Shown in pieces: positions 50,803 to 62,000 of a DNA stretch of 64,000 nt (positions are counted from its first letter, which is position 1; the number at the start of each line of letters is the position of its first letter). The stretch lies in NCBI GenBank assembly GCA_048772705.1, contig JBLWGC010000021.1, forward strand, positions 1 through 64,000. The letters run 5' to 3'. The notes under the pieces were generated by a model. It had not been told where the DNA came from. It saw nothing but the letters and a program-made list of their open reading frames with translations, and made no database searches. A program made the position numbers and the translations under genes. The stretch comes from Leidyana gryllorum EB-2025a. Its lineage: Eukaryota; Protista; Apicomplexa.

Positions 50803-53321
50803 ATGTCGAGAAGACTTTTGGCGGAAGTGGACAAGGCTCTAAAGGAAGCTCGAGCCACAATCGAACAGTACGATGAACGATGGCGTCAATTACGGCGCTT
50901 CAATCAAACTCAAGTCGGTGTAAAAGAACGGATGTGGGAGGAGTCCAGACGCGAGCAGATGCGCGGGAAGAAACACGCGGTCCGAACCGCGACATTGGAG
51001 TTGCTCGATTTCAAGGTGAGTGGCCCTATTTCTTCTCGCAGCATCAAGTACTGATGCTTGCAGCACGTGTGCGATAACAAGGCGAAAATCGAGACCGACA
51101 TGGAGACTCTCTTGCGAAAGCTCCATCGTCACCGACAACAACTGACGGAATGGCTCACTGTTGGTGAGCTTCGTACACAACAAGACGAACTGAAAGATCT
51201 GCGCAGACAAATCGAACTCAGGTAAGGAAGGACTCCTCGCCCACAGCCCGCCATACATACGCTGTACAACACAGGTATAAGCGCGGTAGAGTATTCTATT
51301 GCTTGGGACAGTCGAGCGAAGACGCCGAAGATGGGGACAATAGCGGCGGACAGCACTCCGCGTGGATATCCAACTACATTGAGAAGCTAAAGCAGCAAGC
51401 TGACCTCTGGGAAGCAGACATTGAGGCTCTTGCCAAACAGATCGATAATGCCGAAAAGGTCTCCCATCTTTACGATCGAAGCGCCCAACTTGAAGCTTTT
51501 GTGGAACTTCACAAGATGCACGTCCGCAAATTGGAAGGAATGCTGCGCGCGATCAGAAGCCACTCTTTATCCGTAAGAACCCGCGTGTGTGCACACACAT
51601 CTATCTCCCCGACCATTTCAGCTATCCGAAACTCAAGCAGAGGAAATTCAGGAGACGCTTCGGAGTTATATTGAAGACAATGACGACCTAACCATTGTTG
51701 TCGCGGATGAGGTGTACCACGATATTGACTTCCCCACTTATGGTAAGTCGACAAGGGCCCTGCCACTGCCAACAATGCTCCTTACCCCGCAGAGTCAGGC
51801 GAGGACAATGATTCGGTCAGCGAAGCTCCTTCCCCCATTGGTCAAGGCGGTTCTGTGTCTCGCCTCGCTAGTTCCGGTGGCAACGATGGGACCACTTCTC
51901 CTCAAACCAACGAGAGTCTCAAATCGCCTAAGGAGACCAATCCCTCGTCCCCGCGAACACTGTCTGCTGCCAAGACCACTCTGCCGAAAGTCAAAGCTGT
52001 GCCCGCAGCCGCGGTGTCACCTCCGCGACCCTCGCAATCCCTCCAACAGCAGCAAAACCGAGCCACAGCCTGGCAACGCAAGACCCGCAACCCCGCGGAT
52101 ACGCGAGAAGCTGCCCCTGCTGCTACCGCTGTGGTTGCGTGTGCTACTGACAGCACAGCCGCAGCGGCAACAACAACATCAGCTGCGATGACAACGACTA
52201 CGACGACTACTATCCATCAGATGGTTGCAGCGGCCGAAAGTCCGTCCAGTACGGCTGCCACTCAACAACTGCCGGCCGGCCAAAGCCTTCAAAGAGGGAC
52301 GACTCCGTCTCAGCCACAACAAACCGGGGGGCCCACGGCTCAACAGGACGGCGATGCGGCAGCAGTAGCAGGCGGTCGTCGTCAAACTACGAGCACAGCC
52401 TCGACTGATGGGCCTCGTCATTTGGTGATAGCCGAGGACGTGGCTGCGTATGACTGGGAGTACACGAGCAAAGGGTCTGGTGAAACCGCTTCAAGCAACA
52501 AGACCTTAGAAGTCCGGTGTGGCCAACGGCTATTGATAGTACGGATAGACCCCTCAGGCTGGACGTTTGCGTTCATCGATAGACGGGACACTGTTCCGGA
52601 ACCGTTGATAGTGAACGAAGACGGATCGAAGCAGCTGAGTGCTGAGGCCAGTCGAGTGTTGCCTTCTGGGTGGTTTCCGAACACAGTGCGTGCGTCCGTG
52701 AAAGCTGCGAGGAAACAGAAACGCGTTGAGGAGAGCGGACGGCGGACTTCGAGCACAACGGAAAGCTCCAGCAACAATGCGCTCTGGGACCCGTCGTGGT
52801 GGGATGCGTCACCAGGTGGGATAGAGGAGTCGCCATCGTTGCTGCAGAGGCTAAACTTGATGCCGAGTCTGTTGGAGCTTCCTCAGTGCAGTCAGTCTTC
52901 TATAGAGATGGCAAAGTCGATCGATCAGTGCAGATGGTGGTGGAGGGCGCTCTGCCACCCATTGCGGGTCGGCACAGTACGTGTGGTGCATTTAGCCTGG
53001 CAAGGACAGTTACTCCAGCGTTCCTGCTGCACATGTGCGGATCCCAACTCATTCCTTCAACAAGGCGATTTTGATCCCGAGTTGCCCGCACATGATCTTC
53101 TCTATGTATCTGTGGGAGACAGGCTGTTGGTGGAAGAGGTGAGCGCAGACTACAAGTGGGTCTACGGCCATCGAGTGTCTAGCGACCGGGTTTGCTCATT
53201 GCGAGGGTGGATTCCTTCCTATCTGCTGACACATCCGTCGGTCCTAATGCAGAGGCTGGCGTGCCACTTAACAGCTTTCGTCGATTTTTCCATTCCAACC
53301 AACCGACCACTCAAACCCTGA
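50803..53321 (+). CDS. CNOT3/Not3-5 N-terminal domain protein fused to two SH3-like domains
   Basis: RRLLAEVDKALK..EQYDERW..KAKIETDM..KLHRHRQQLTEWL..RRQIE..WISNYIEKLKQQADLWEADIE..HKMHVRKLEGMLR..IQETLRSYIE..VYHDID aligns with the Not3 NTD. SH3-like segments VAAYDWE..LEVRCGQRL..GW..GWFP and LYVSVGDRL..WVYG..RGWIPSY follow. Confidence 0.8.
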
Positions 53322-53337
53322 CCCATTTTTTTCTGCT

Positions 53338-55601
53338 ATGGGGGACCCCCTCCTTCAAGCTCTCACACAGGAGGCCTGTACGTTCTTCCAATCCCAACCG
53401 GTTCACGAATGTCTATCGGAATCCTCCAAACTACTGCTCCTCGACTCGCAGGTCTCATTATCAGTGGCTGTAAAAGCCCTCGACCAATACAGTGAGTTTG
53501 ACACTCGATTGCTTCTGTCTCCGTGTGTGCTTGCGCTCGCGCAATGAGTTGGCATTGTGAGAATGAGCCCAGTAGTGCTGCTTATTACTCTCATTATCCG
53601 GAAGCACTGTGTAATTGTGTCTGTATAGACTATCTGGCGTGCGTCGCGCGCCCACCAGCAGGCATTCGTAACACATTTGTTTTCAGAGCGGCCATTCGCT
53701 TGTGTCTTCGCCCCCCGAGTTCCTGAATTCACCTATGTATTCGACGCGTTTGACGTGGTGGCCTTCGCCATCCACGTCTATAAATACTACACTGACACAC
53801 AGTATCTGGGCCAGCTGCACGACGCGTTGTGCTCGGTGATCCAGAACAGTAACACCTTTGGGGACTATCTGTGCTTGGTGGAAGGGGATGGAGAGCCGAT
53901 CACGGAGGAAGTGAAAGAGAATCTCGTTCGCGACTTGGACACGACGCTGGGGAGCGTGGCGGACACCTTTAGCCTCCGAGACTTTGAGAAGGAGGAGCCG
54001 TATCTTGGGCATTCGTATACGGCTCTTCTCTCCTCTGGTGGTGGTGGCCGTACCACTGTAGACACGGCTGCCGAAGAAGAGGAGAAAGACGCTCTGAAGA
54101 CTCCCATCCACGCAGTATTCTCCTCGACTACCGAGGACCGAACGACGGCAACGACACTCAACACAGATATAACTCCCGAAGATTCTGGAGACCCCCACGC
54201 CCTCTCAATTAGAAGAAGAATAGAGCTCATATTCCCGCCCCCCTGGGCCTATGACTTGGAAAGATGGAACAGTGAGCGCGCTTTACCCTCTGAGCTGGTT
54301 CAAATCTTTGGTGTTGGCAGAGTTGAACGCACGCGCGTCCGCCCTTCCCCACTTGTCGATAGTGCACACCGCTCTCGATGCTGCCAAATTGTTATTGGAG
54401 TGCGAGTGAGTTGTGCATTGGATTTGATTGGCAATAGTCAAATGGAACACAGGCGATCGCGTGTGATTGTGTGGGATGACGCCCGGGCAACGCCCTTTTC
54501 GTTTCTGACAACAACTTCATTGTTGGCGCATATGATTCAGCACGTGAGTGGTTTGGAGCGGTTCTGTGCGTAAGTTTGACCGCCGCTGTTCAGTTCCGCA
54601 GCCGTTCCGAGATTCTCGACAAAAAAGTACTGTCCGAGTTGCGAGTGGGAGTGAATTGCAACGATCTTATCGTTGCCCCTCACACGACTAAATTTGTCAA
54701 GGTGAGGCTATAGGGCTGTGATGTGTGTTGACAGTGGGCGGGGGGCGGTATTCTTCAGGTTCTGGAGATTCTGAGAGGACGGCGCTGGTCTGCGGTGCCC
54801 ATAGTAGATGCCGAAGACGGATCTTTCATCGGTTTATTGTCTGTATCACACGTGACCTTCTTGGTGCTGCGGTCACTGTCTGACTCAGAATTGAAGTGGC
54901 ATTGGGATGACGAAGTTGGAGACATTTGGGAGGTATTGGTGAGCACCGGTGCGGCGCATTCAAAGATGGTTCGTCACACGTATGCGCACACAAATCGAGC
55001 GAAGCAGCCGACGGCGGCTCCAGAGGTCCCAGCTGCAACTACATCTTCTCGGAGAGCGATAACATCGAAACACGGGGGAGCGTTTCTGGCCAAACTGGGG
55101 GATATGACCACTGACGAGAAGCAGGACAAAGTCACCGACACGGCCCCGGAGGATAGCGGCGGCAAGTGTTCCGATCTCCCGGCGCTGGTGGAACCGTTGG
55201 AAAGTCTCGAGTCCCCACCATTGAGTCCTTCAGATTCTCATCAGCCCTCCACCAATCCCTCAAGTGCCACAAGCGCGGTACAAAATCTCGTTAAGAACAT
55301 AACATGTTCTGCGATGGTGAGTTTCATTCATTCATTCATCGCTCTCCATCCGTCTACGCTGCTGCGTTGCAGGTGATGGATGAGGATATGACGCTGCGAC
55401 AAGCCATTGCCCATCTGGTACTCACAGATGACAGGCGTATTGTCTTTGTTGACTCTGACACGTAAGCCCGGCGGTGTCAAGCTTGTACACGATCGAAAGC
55501 AGTTTGGTTGCAGCGGGCGAATCAAAGGCTACATCACACCCTCACAAATCATGTCACTACTCATTAGATATTCTCTACCGACCGCAGCCGCCTCTAACTA
55601 G
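53338..55601 (+). CDS. AMPK gamma/SNF4-like CBS-domain protein (divergent, multi-exon)
   Basis: FFQSQPVHECLSESSKLLLLDSQVSLSVAVKAL resembles the AMPK-gamma N-terminus; CBS motifs AVPIVDAEDGSFIGLLSVSHV and RIVFVDS..RIKGYITPSQIM. Confidence 0.7.
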
Positions 55602-57101
55602 CGCTCTCTTTCGAGCTGTTGCAGTTTCAAACGCAATGCCAATATTTCAGTACCAGCTCGATGTATCAACCTCGAATAAATCGCATGACTTCTTTGATTC
55701 ACAATCCGAGTCTCATTCAGCATCGCTTTGTATAACTCCAAATCGTTGTGCTCCAAACTTGCCGTATCACCACTCCCACCAGCAATCCGGTTCTCCAACG
55801 CCTTGCGGGTCTCCTGCTCCAACTTGAGATCCTGCTCCATCTGCAGCAGCCACCATTGAATATTTCAAGCGTCAATCGGAACCTCAATTTCGTCAACATT
55901 GGGCTCATCACGTCAGAGTGAGAGTGAGAGGGAATTCACACTCACACTCCTCATCGCACACTCGCACACTCACCTTTCCGAGACGGCTCATTGCCTCTTT
56001 GGAAGCTTCCAGTCTGCGTTCCAGGCGCTTCACTTCCAACAGCAAGTCTTCCTTGGAGCGTTCGTCCTCGCCCAAGGACACTGCGACCACAGAAGGGTGC
56101 TCGCACGAGAGATCTCACTCACTGACGTCTTTGGGCTCCTTGGTGTCGAGAGCCGGGCCGGGCATCAGGGGTCGCGAAAGTCTGAGATTTAAACAACAGG
56201 AACAGATGTAACAACAGAAAGCTGACTGGCTGACGGACGGACCGACCTTTCATCCTCCAGCGCCTTCCGCAGCGAATCCCGCTGATCTTCCAGAGCCGTC
56301 ACCGTCGCCTTGACAGCAATGAGCGCCGCGCGCTGGGCAGAGTGACAGTGGAAATTCTCTGAATAGCATCTCACCAGTTCGGCGGCCTCTTTGCGGGTCT
56401 CATCAGCCGCGTTGCGCAGTTCTGCATTTTTCTCCTCCAGAGTCCGCACCTCGTCTTCTCTCTCGACCAGGGTGGAGCGGGCCACCTGGAGGTCGGCTGC
56501 TCTTTCCTGAGCCTCCTTTAGCTGAGTCTTGTAGCGGTCGACCTGGGCCACCAAAGACACGTGCTGATCCTGGTACTCTCGCAAGTTGTTAATCTCCTTT
56601 TGCATGCTGAAAGGATGGTGGGCATTGCGGTATCACCGCCGGCTGGCTGGCTGGGTAGCTCACCTCTCAACACGCTGCGTGTGGTCCTTCTCCGTCTTCT
56701 TACGGTCGGTTTCTCGCTGCTGCGGGGGATTTGAGGAGGGGGCGCGACTGGAGGGTGCCAAACCTGAAGCTCTTCCTTCAGTTTGCTGATCTCATCGCCC
56801 AATTGGTCATTCGCGGCGCGCAACTTAGAGATGTCCTCGTTCTTCCTCGCGCGCAGATCGGCGTACTTGCGCTTCTGCTCTGCCAGGTCATTCTCACGCT
56901 GAGCTAATTCTGCTTCAAGGGTCTGTACATGTTCCACGAGGTCCTGATAGTGCTGTTCCCAAGTTTGCTCCTTTTCATATGAAAAGTTAGGATCTGAAGC
57001 AGGTGCGTGAGGGGTACCTCGGCGGCAGATGGCTGTTCATCTGATGATCTCTGTTGCTGTAGATTGTCCAAATTCAGTGGAGGGGGTGGTGGTTGCGACA
57101 T
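55598..57101 (-). CDS. Coiled-coil hypothetical protein (multi-exon)
   Basis: Successive E/K/L/Q-rich heptad exons separated by GT-AG introns; ATG at 57101, stop at 55598. Confidence 0.7.
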
Positions 57102-57128
57102 CAATTTTTGTTTTGAATACGCGAGTCG

Positions 57129-58472
57129 ATGCTGCTCCAATTCAGTGTGGTGGCCTTCGTGTCCGGCGATCGAGAGCTAGGTGTGGTGGGAAGCCACCCC
57201 GCTATCGGCGGATGGGACCCGCGGAAGGCTGTCCCTTTGCGACCCTACCGAGGTGGCACTCTTGGATTCACCTCAGGAACCACAAACATCCCCAAATCAG
57301 TCAGCCTCAGCGGTCGAGAGATCTCAGACAGCTGTCCGACGTTCTTTTGCGGCTTCGCCGAATTACCCGACGTCCAGTACGTGCCCCAACAACCGTTGGA
57401 ACCCGGCGCACAGCCGCAAGATGTGCGCTTCACCACTACTCTGAGCGCCCCCATCCAGTACAAATACATCACTTGGAGGAAACGAGGACGTACCAGTGCT
57501 GCTACTACACGTGAGGCCGACCACTTCCCTCTCCCGCCCATCCCTGGAGCCACGCATCTGACTCCCGACGGCTTTCTCTATACCTCCGCGGAACTCTCGC
57601 TGCAGGACCCTGAGATTGTTGAGCCTAATGAGTCCGAAAAACCGGAAGACTTGGTGACATCGGATATCTTGTGGGAAGGACGAGGACCATCCGAGAACCG
57701 CTACTTGTACGTAATAGGTGGGGATTTTGGGACGGCAGAGTCCGAAGCGGACTCCGCCGGTCTGCGGCACGTAATGCGCGGACAACACCTCGTCATTGGC
57801 AAGGCAAGGACTTATTACGCCTTGCCGCCCGCTGACTTCATTATGCCCTACCACGATCTCACCGAACAGCGCTCTGAACTAACACACACCACACGTTACT
57901 ACCAGCGCGTCAAGGAACTGCGAACAATTCACTTCAACTACATACTGCCTCGACTTTACGCGGGAACCTGTCCAAGACGGCTCGAACACGTCGACCTGCT
58001 GCGCGACGTCTACGGAGTTGGAGCCGTTTTCAATTTCCAAAGTCTTGAGGACTTGCAGAACAATTGGATCAACAATGCAGATCCAGTACATGAGCGAAAC
58101 CCGCTCACTCTGCACGCTATCTACAGCCAAAAGGAAGTCCAGCTCATTCATATTCCCACTACAGATATGTGCACTGAAGCGCGCGCAGGAATGATGGCGC
58201 AGGCCGCTTGGCTACTGGCCGGCTTTCTGGTAGCCAACCCAGACAAAAACGTCTACGTTCACTGCAACGCTGGCGTCGGAAGAGCCATCGCAGGTTGCTG
58301 TGCCTTCCTCCACTTCACGCTCGGAATGAGTGAAGAACAAGCAAAACTTCTCGTGCGAAGACAGCGTCCTGTTGCTTACATCGATACATTAGCAATCCGA
58401 TCAGGGAAGAAGGACTTCGATAAGAAGTTTGCTAAAGCGACTCTATGCCTGCCTCTTGTGGATTTCAAATAA
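57129..58472 (+). CDS. Laforin-like glucan phosphatase (CBM20 + dual-specificity phosphatase)
   Basis: LGVVGSHPAIGGWDPRKAVPL, QYKYI, LWEGRGPSENR (CBM20); FNYILPRLYAGTCPR, IPTTDMCTEAR, VYVHCNAGVGRA (DSP). Intronless. Confidence 0.92.
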   Translation: MLLQFSVVAFVSGDRELGVVGSHPAIGGWDPRKAVPLRPYRGGTLGFTSGTTNIPKSVSLSGREISDSCPTFFCGFAELPDVQYVPQQPLEPGAQPQDVRFTTTLSAPIQYKYITWRKRGRTSAATTREADHFPLPPIPGATHLTPDGFLYTSAELSLQDPEIVEPNESEKPEDLVTSDILWEGRGPSENRYLYVIGGDFGTAESEADSAGLRHVMRGQHLVIGKARTYYALPPADFIMPYHDLTEQRSELTHTTRYYQRVKELRTIHFNYILPRLYAGTCPRRLEHVDLLRDVYGVGAVFNFQSLEDLQNNWINNADPVHERNPLTLHAIYSQKEVQLIHIPTTDMCTEARAGMMAQAAWLLAGFLVANPDKNVYVHCNAGVGRAIAGCCAFLHFTLGMSEEQAKLLVRRQRPVAYIDTLAIRSGKKDFDKKFAKATLCLPLVDFK

Positions 58473-59015
58473 ACATCCGCGTGTGTCCATGGTGTGTTGC
58501 ACTGGAGACACACAACAATGCCCATCGCTGGGGTAGCGAGTTGTGCTTCGTTACTTGCGGAAGCGTGCCCGCCCATCTCCAACAACCATCCGACGGCAAT
58601 CAATAGGAGGCATCCGATCGAATCAGTACATTCATTCCGCAGGGTACGTCAGCCATACCATGTCCACCTCCAAGCCCCAAGTCCGCATCGGGAACCCACC
58701 GGAAGGCACAGAACAGGTCTCATCTTGCCCTCTTTGAGTCGTTCAACTAGACTTGTGGCTTTGACAGCGTGTGGTGTCTGTGTGTACGCGTGTGACTAGT
58801 TTGATAGACCTCCAATACTCTATTCCTTTTCAGGGTCACTTTCATAATACTAGGGCAATGGGGATCCAAACACCAATTGTCCTTCGCGAAGAACATCTCC
58901 GCAAGAAAATTGAAGTAGGCAGTGTTTAGCTCTCTGATTTGAAGTCTTGTGACAGGAAGCAACAGGACTTCCTTTTGAGAGCTCTCCTTCGCAGACAGTC
59001 AAACCAACTGTCTCG

Positions 59016-62000
59016 ATGCCGGAAACGATACCTCAAGAGCCATGGTGTTCACAAGTAGGGGTAACACATCGCGGCACGTCCAACCACATGATCTCTGTGC
59101 AGAATGAGACCAATCGATCTAGATGGGGAGCTGCGTCAGGGAGTGATGAGAGGCAGGAGACCGAGGTAAGCACGCAGTACCCCTTCTACGCACAAAGCAA
59201 TCTAACTCCTCAGAGTGCTATCAGGCTCATGTATGAACGTCTAAGGCGTTTCCTTCAGCGTCGAGAACAAGCAGACCCGCAGCTCCTGACCCGGGCCCGT
59301 CAAGAAGTCGCGGAAGCGGGACAGGGAGCAAGTACGTCCAGAGGCACGTCGGCAATCCCGCCCTTGGAGCACAGAGACGCACCACAAAGTGTCGCCAACT
59401 ACGCCAAAGTTGTGTCTGGGATGATAGATATGGTGACCTATCTTGTGGAGTTCGAAGCGGCTTCCAAACAAGAACTAGAGGGAACGCCGGACACCTCGCC
59501 ATTGCGTCCCGGTCAGGCAAGTGGCGCCGGCGGCTGTGGAGGAAAGTTTGAATCGGAGAAGAAAGCTCTGGAGAGCGTAATCAAGGAGCAGAAGCAAAGT
59601 CTCGCTGACAAGGAAACGGCGATCAATGAAACACGGATGCAAGTCTCTAAACTTTCACTAGAGCTGGAGAAAATGCGATATCAAATGGAACATCAGCGGA
59701 ATATGATGTCCAAGTATAAGGAGAGATGTGACGAACTGGAGAAGCAGAAGTCCAAGCAAGATAAGAATCAAGACTCTGACTGGCTCAGAAACCGTATATT
59801 CAATGAGATTAAGAAGCAAGAGGAGTTGAGTGCCGAGATTAAACTCAGAGACTTGGAGTTGGCTACAAAGAATGAGGAAGTGCACAAGATAACGGAGGCG
59901 ATTACAAATCGGAATGAGAAGATTAAGGGGCTTATGGAGCAAGTTGATCAACTTGAAGAAACTTTGGATTCAATTACCACCATCACCAAGCACCCGCTGG
60001 ACCCTTACTCATCTCGAAACTTGCTCCTCGAGAGGATTCCTTGCGCACAATCACCTACATATGAGATTTCGCCAGAGGACGACCAGGTTGAGGTAGCTGA
60101 AGCCGTAGCCGAGGGGAAAGCATCGGCATTGAAATTATTGGATGGGAATGTGCGTGCCATAGTGGCTCAATGGCCCGGATTGTTGGCTGATCCGCCCTTC
60201 GAGCGTGAGGAGCTTCGGGGAGTTATTGGATTTTATTACCCTTCTGGACGCGCGCCACCTCGCGACTGGTACCTTCACGAGATCCATCAGATCACTCGAG
60301 GACAAGGAACTCGAATGCCACGCGAGCTGGGTTGTCGAATCGGTAACGAGCGTCATGAGCCATACAGACTTATGTTGGATGACTTACGGGCCGCGCTGAC
60401 TAGGGATCCTTCAGCGCCTACACGCACCCCTCCGCGTCGCGATAGAGGTCTTGATGAGGACGAGGAGATGAATAGTGGAGATCGCTTATATATGGTATCT
60501 GGATCACGTAGTGTGTCCCCAGAGGTCAAGAACAAACGCCCAGCCGATTCACAAGCTGTTCCGAGATCAATCGACACCACTGATCCGCTTCCACGCGACT
60601 TTGTTCAAGACCAAATGGACCAGCTCGCACAAGAGAGAGAGCGCCGCATCAGAGCTCGCCGTGCGCTGCATGTGGTGCTTCCTCGCGACCTCCCCGTAAG
60701 TGTTTGTCTCATGCATGGTACTCTAGTGTGTTTGATCTCAACTGCTCTAATTTCACTTCTTCGCTCTCTATTGTCTCATTCGCTATATCCTATGCTCCAC
60801 CCGTATGCGGTATTGTCTGCGTTCTCATGGATCCCTCCCACCCTCTGGAAAGTGCGTCACATCATCCCCCTTTGGGAGACTTGTCATCATTGCTTCTTTG
60901 ATCAAACAGAAAATACACCGACTTCGTCAAGCCGAAGGACGGGATCGGAGCGAGGCAGAAACTCAATCTGTGGAGGAACTTGCGCAGAGCAGAGTTGAGA
61001 GACAACAAGAGTTGGCGAGGAAGATCGTGACCGCTCGCCAAGCTATCCGCGAGGGCACAACATTCCGAAGAGCTAGTGTGGAGCGGTTGCACCCACGTTC
61101 TCCTCCAGTAGTCGACGAAGGCGACCAAGCTGAAGAAGCACTTCCTGGGGAGTCGGGTTATGACACGGCGTCAGAACTCGCACCAGGTGACCGTCGTCAT
61201 GGCACGGAGGGGTACCTCCGCGAGCCTGAAGGAACTGAAGAAGAGATCAGCGAAAGAGACGAGGAGGACGAGGAGGCTGATGATGAGAATGACGATGATG
61301 AGGGAGGCAACAGGAAACGCAAGCGCCCTGTAAAGGCGGAGAATGAAATCACTCCCAGCCCTGAACACTTCCAAGCCCGTCAGCGCGATCTCTACCTCAG
61401 ACATCAGCAAAGTGCAGAGTTACGCAACCAGAACTGGCAAGGGGCAGAACAAGGCAGCATCGAGTGGCGATCGCAAGCCCACGGGGAGGAAGAACACGCT
61501 TCCCTGGATGCAGACAGTACCACAGCGGTCGGAAGGCCTCGGTCGAAGTTTCCACACCTTGGATTTGCTCACACGCAGCCGCGTACACACCACCTGCTGG
61601 CACGTGATCGACCATTGGAAGCTCACCGATTACCTGCCAGCCAGGAAGCAGGGATGGGGCTCAATGATTTGGAGGAGTACAACTTCTTACAAACCCAGCT
61701 CAATAACTCTCCTCCCGAGTCTCGTCCTCCTCGTCCCGAAAAGAGCGCTCCTGTTGCCGAGGCACGGAGTGCACAACATGGGTCTGGCCGGCACGCCAGG
61801 TACTACCTCAATCCTGCAAAAGACATGGATCGCGGTGAAGTAGAAGCAAATACATATGAGATCTTGGAAGCGACCAAGCGTAATCTCTATACTCAATACC
61901 CTCCGCCTCTTCGTTCCCTTGATCCTGGTCCTGAGGCACCGATGACACGGAAGGAACTCCACAACCGCGGGCAGCACACCGACGTCAAGCCTTCAGCCAC

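Noticed and set aside
50803-55601. Single NOT3-SH3-CBS fusion gene
   Set aside because: A stop at 53321 is followed by a fresh ATG at 53338 with an AMPK-gamma-like N-terminus; two genes is simpler.
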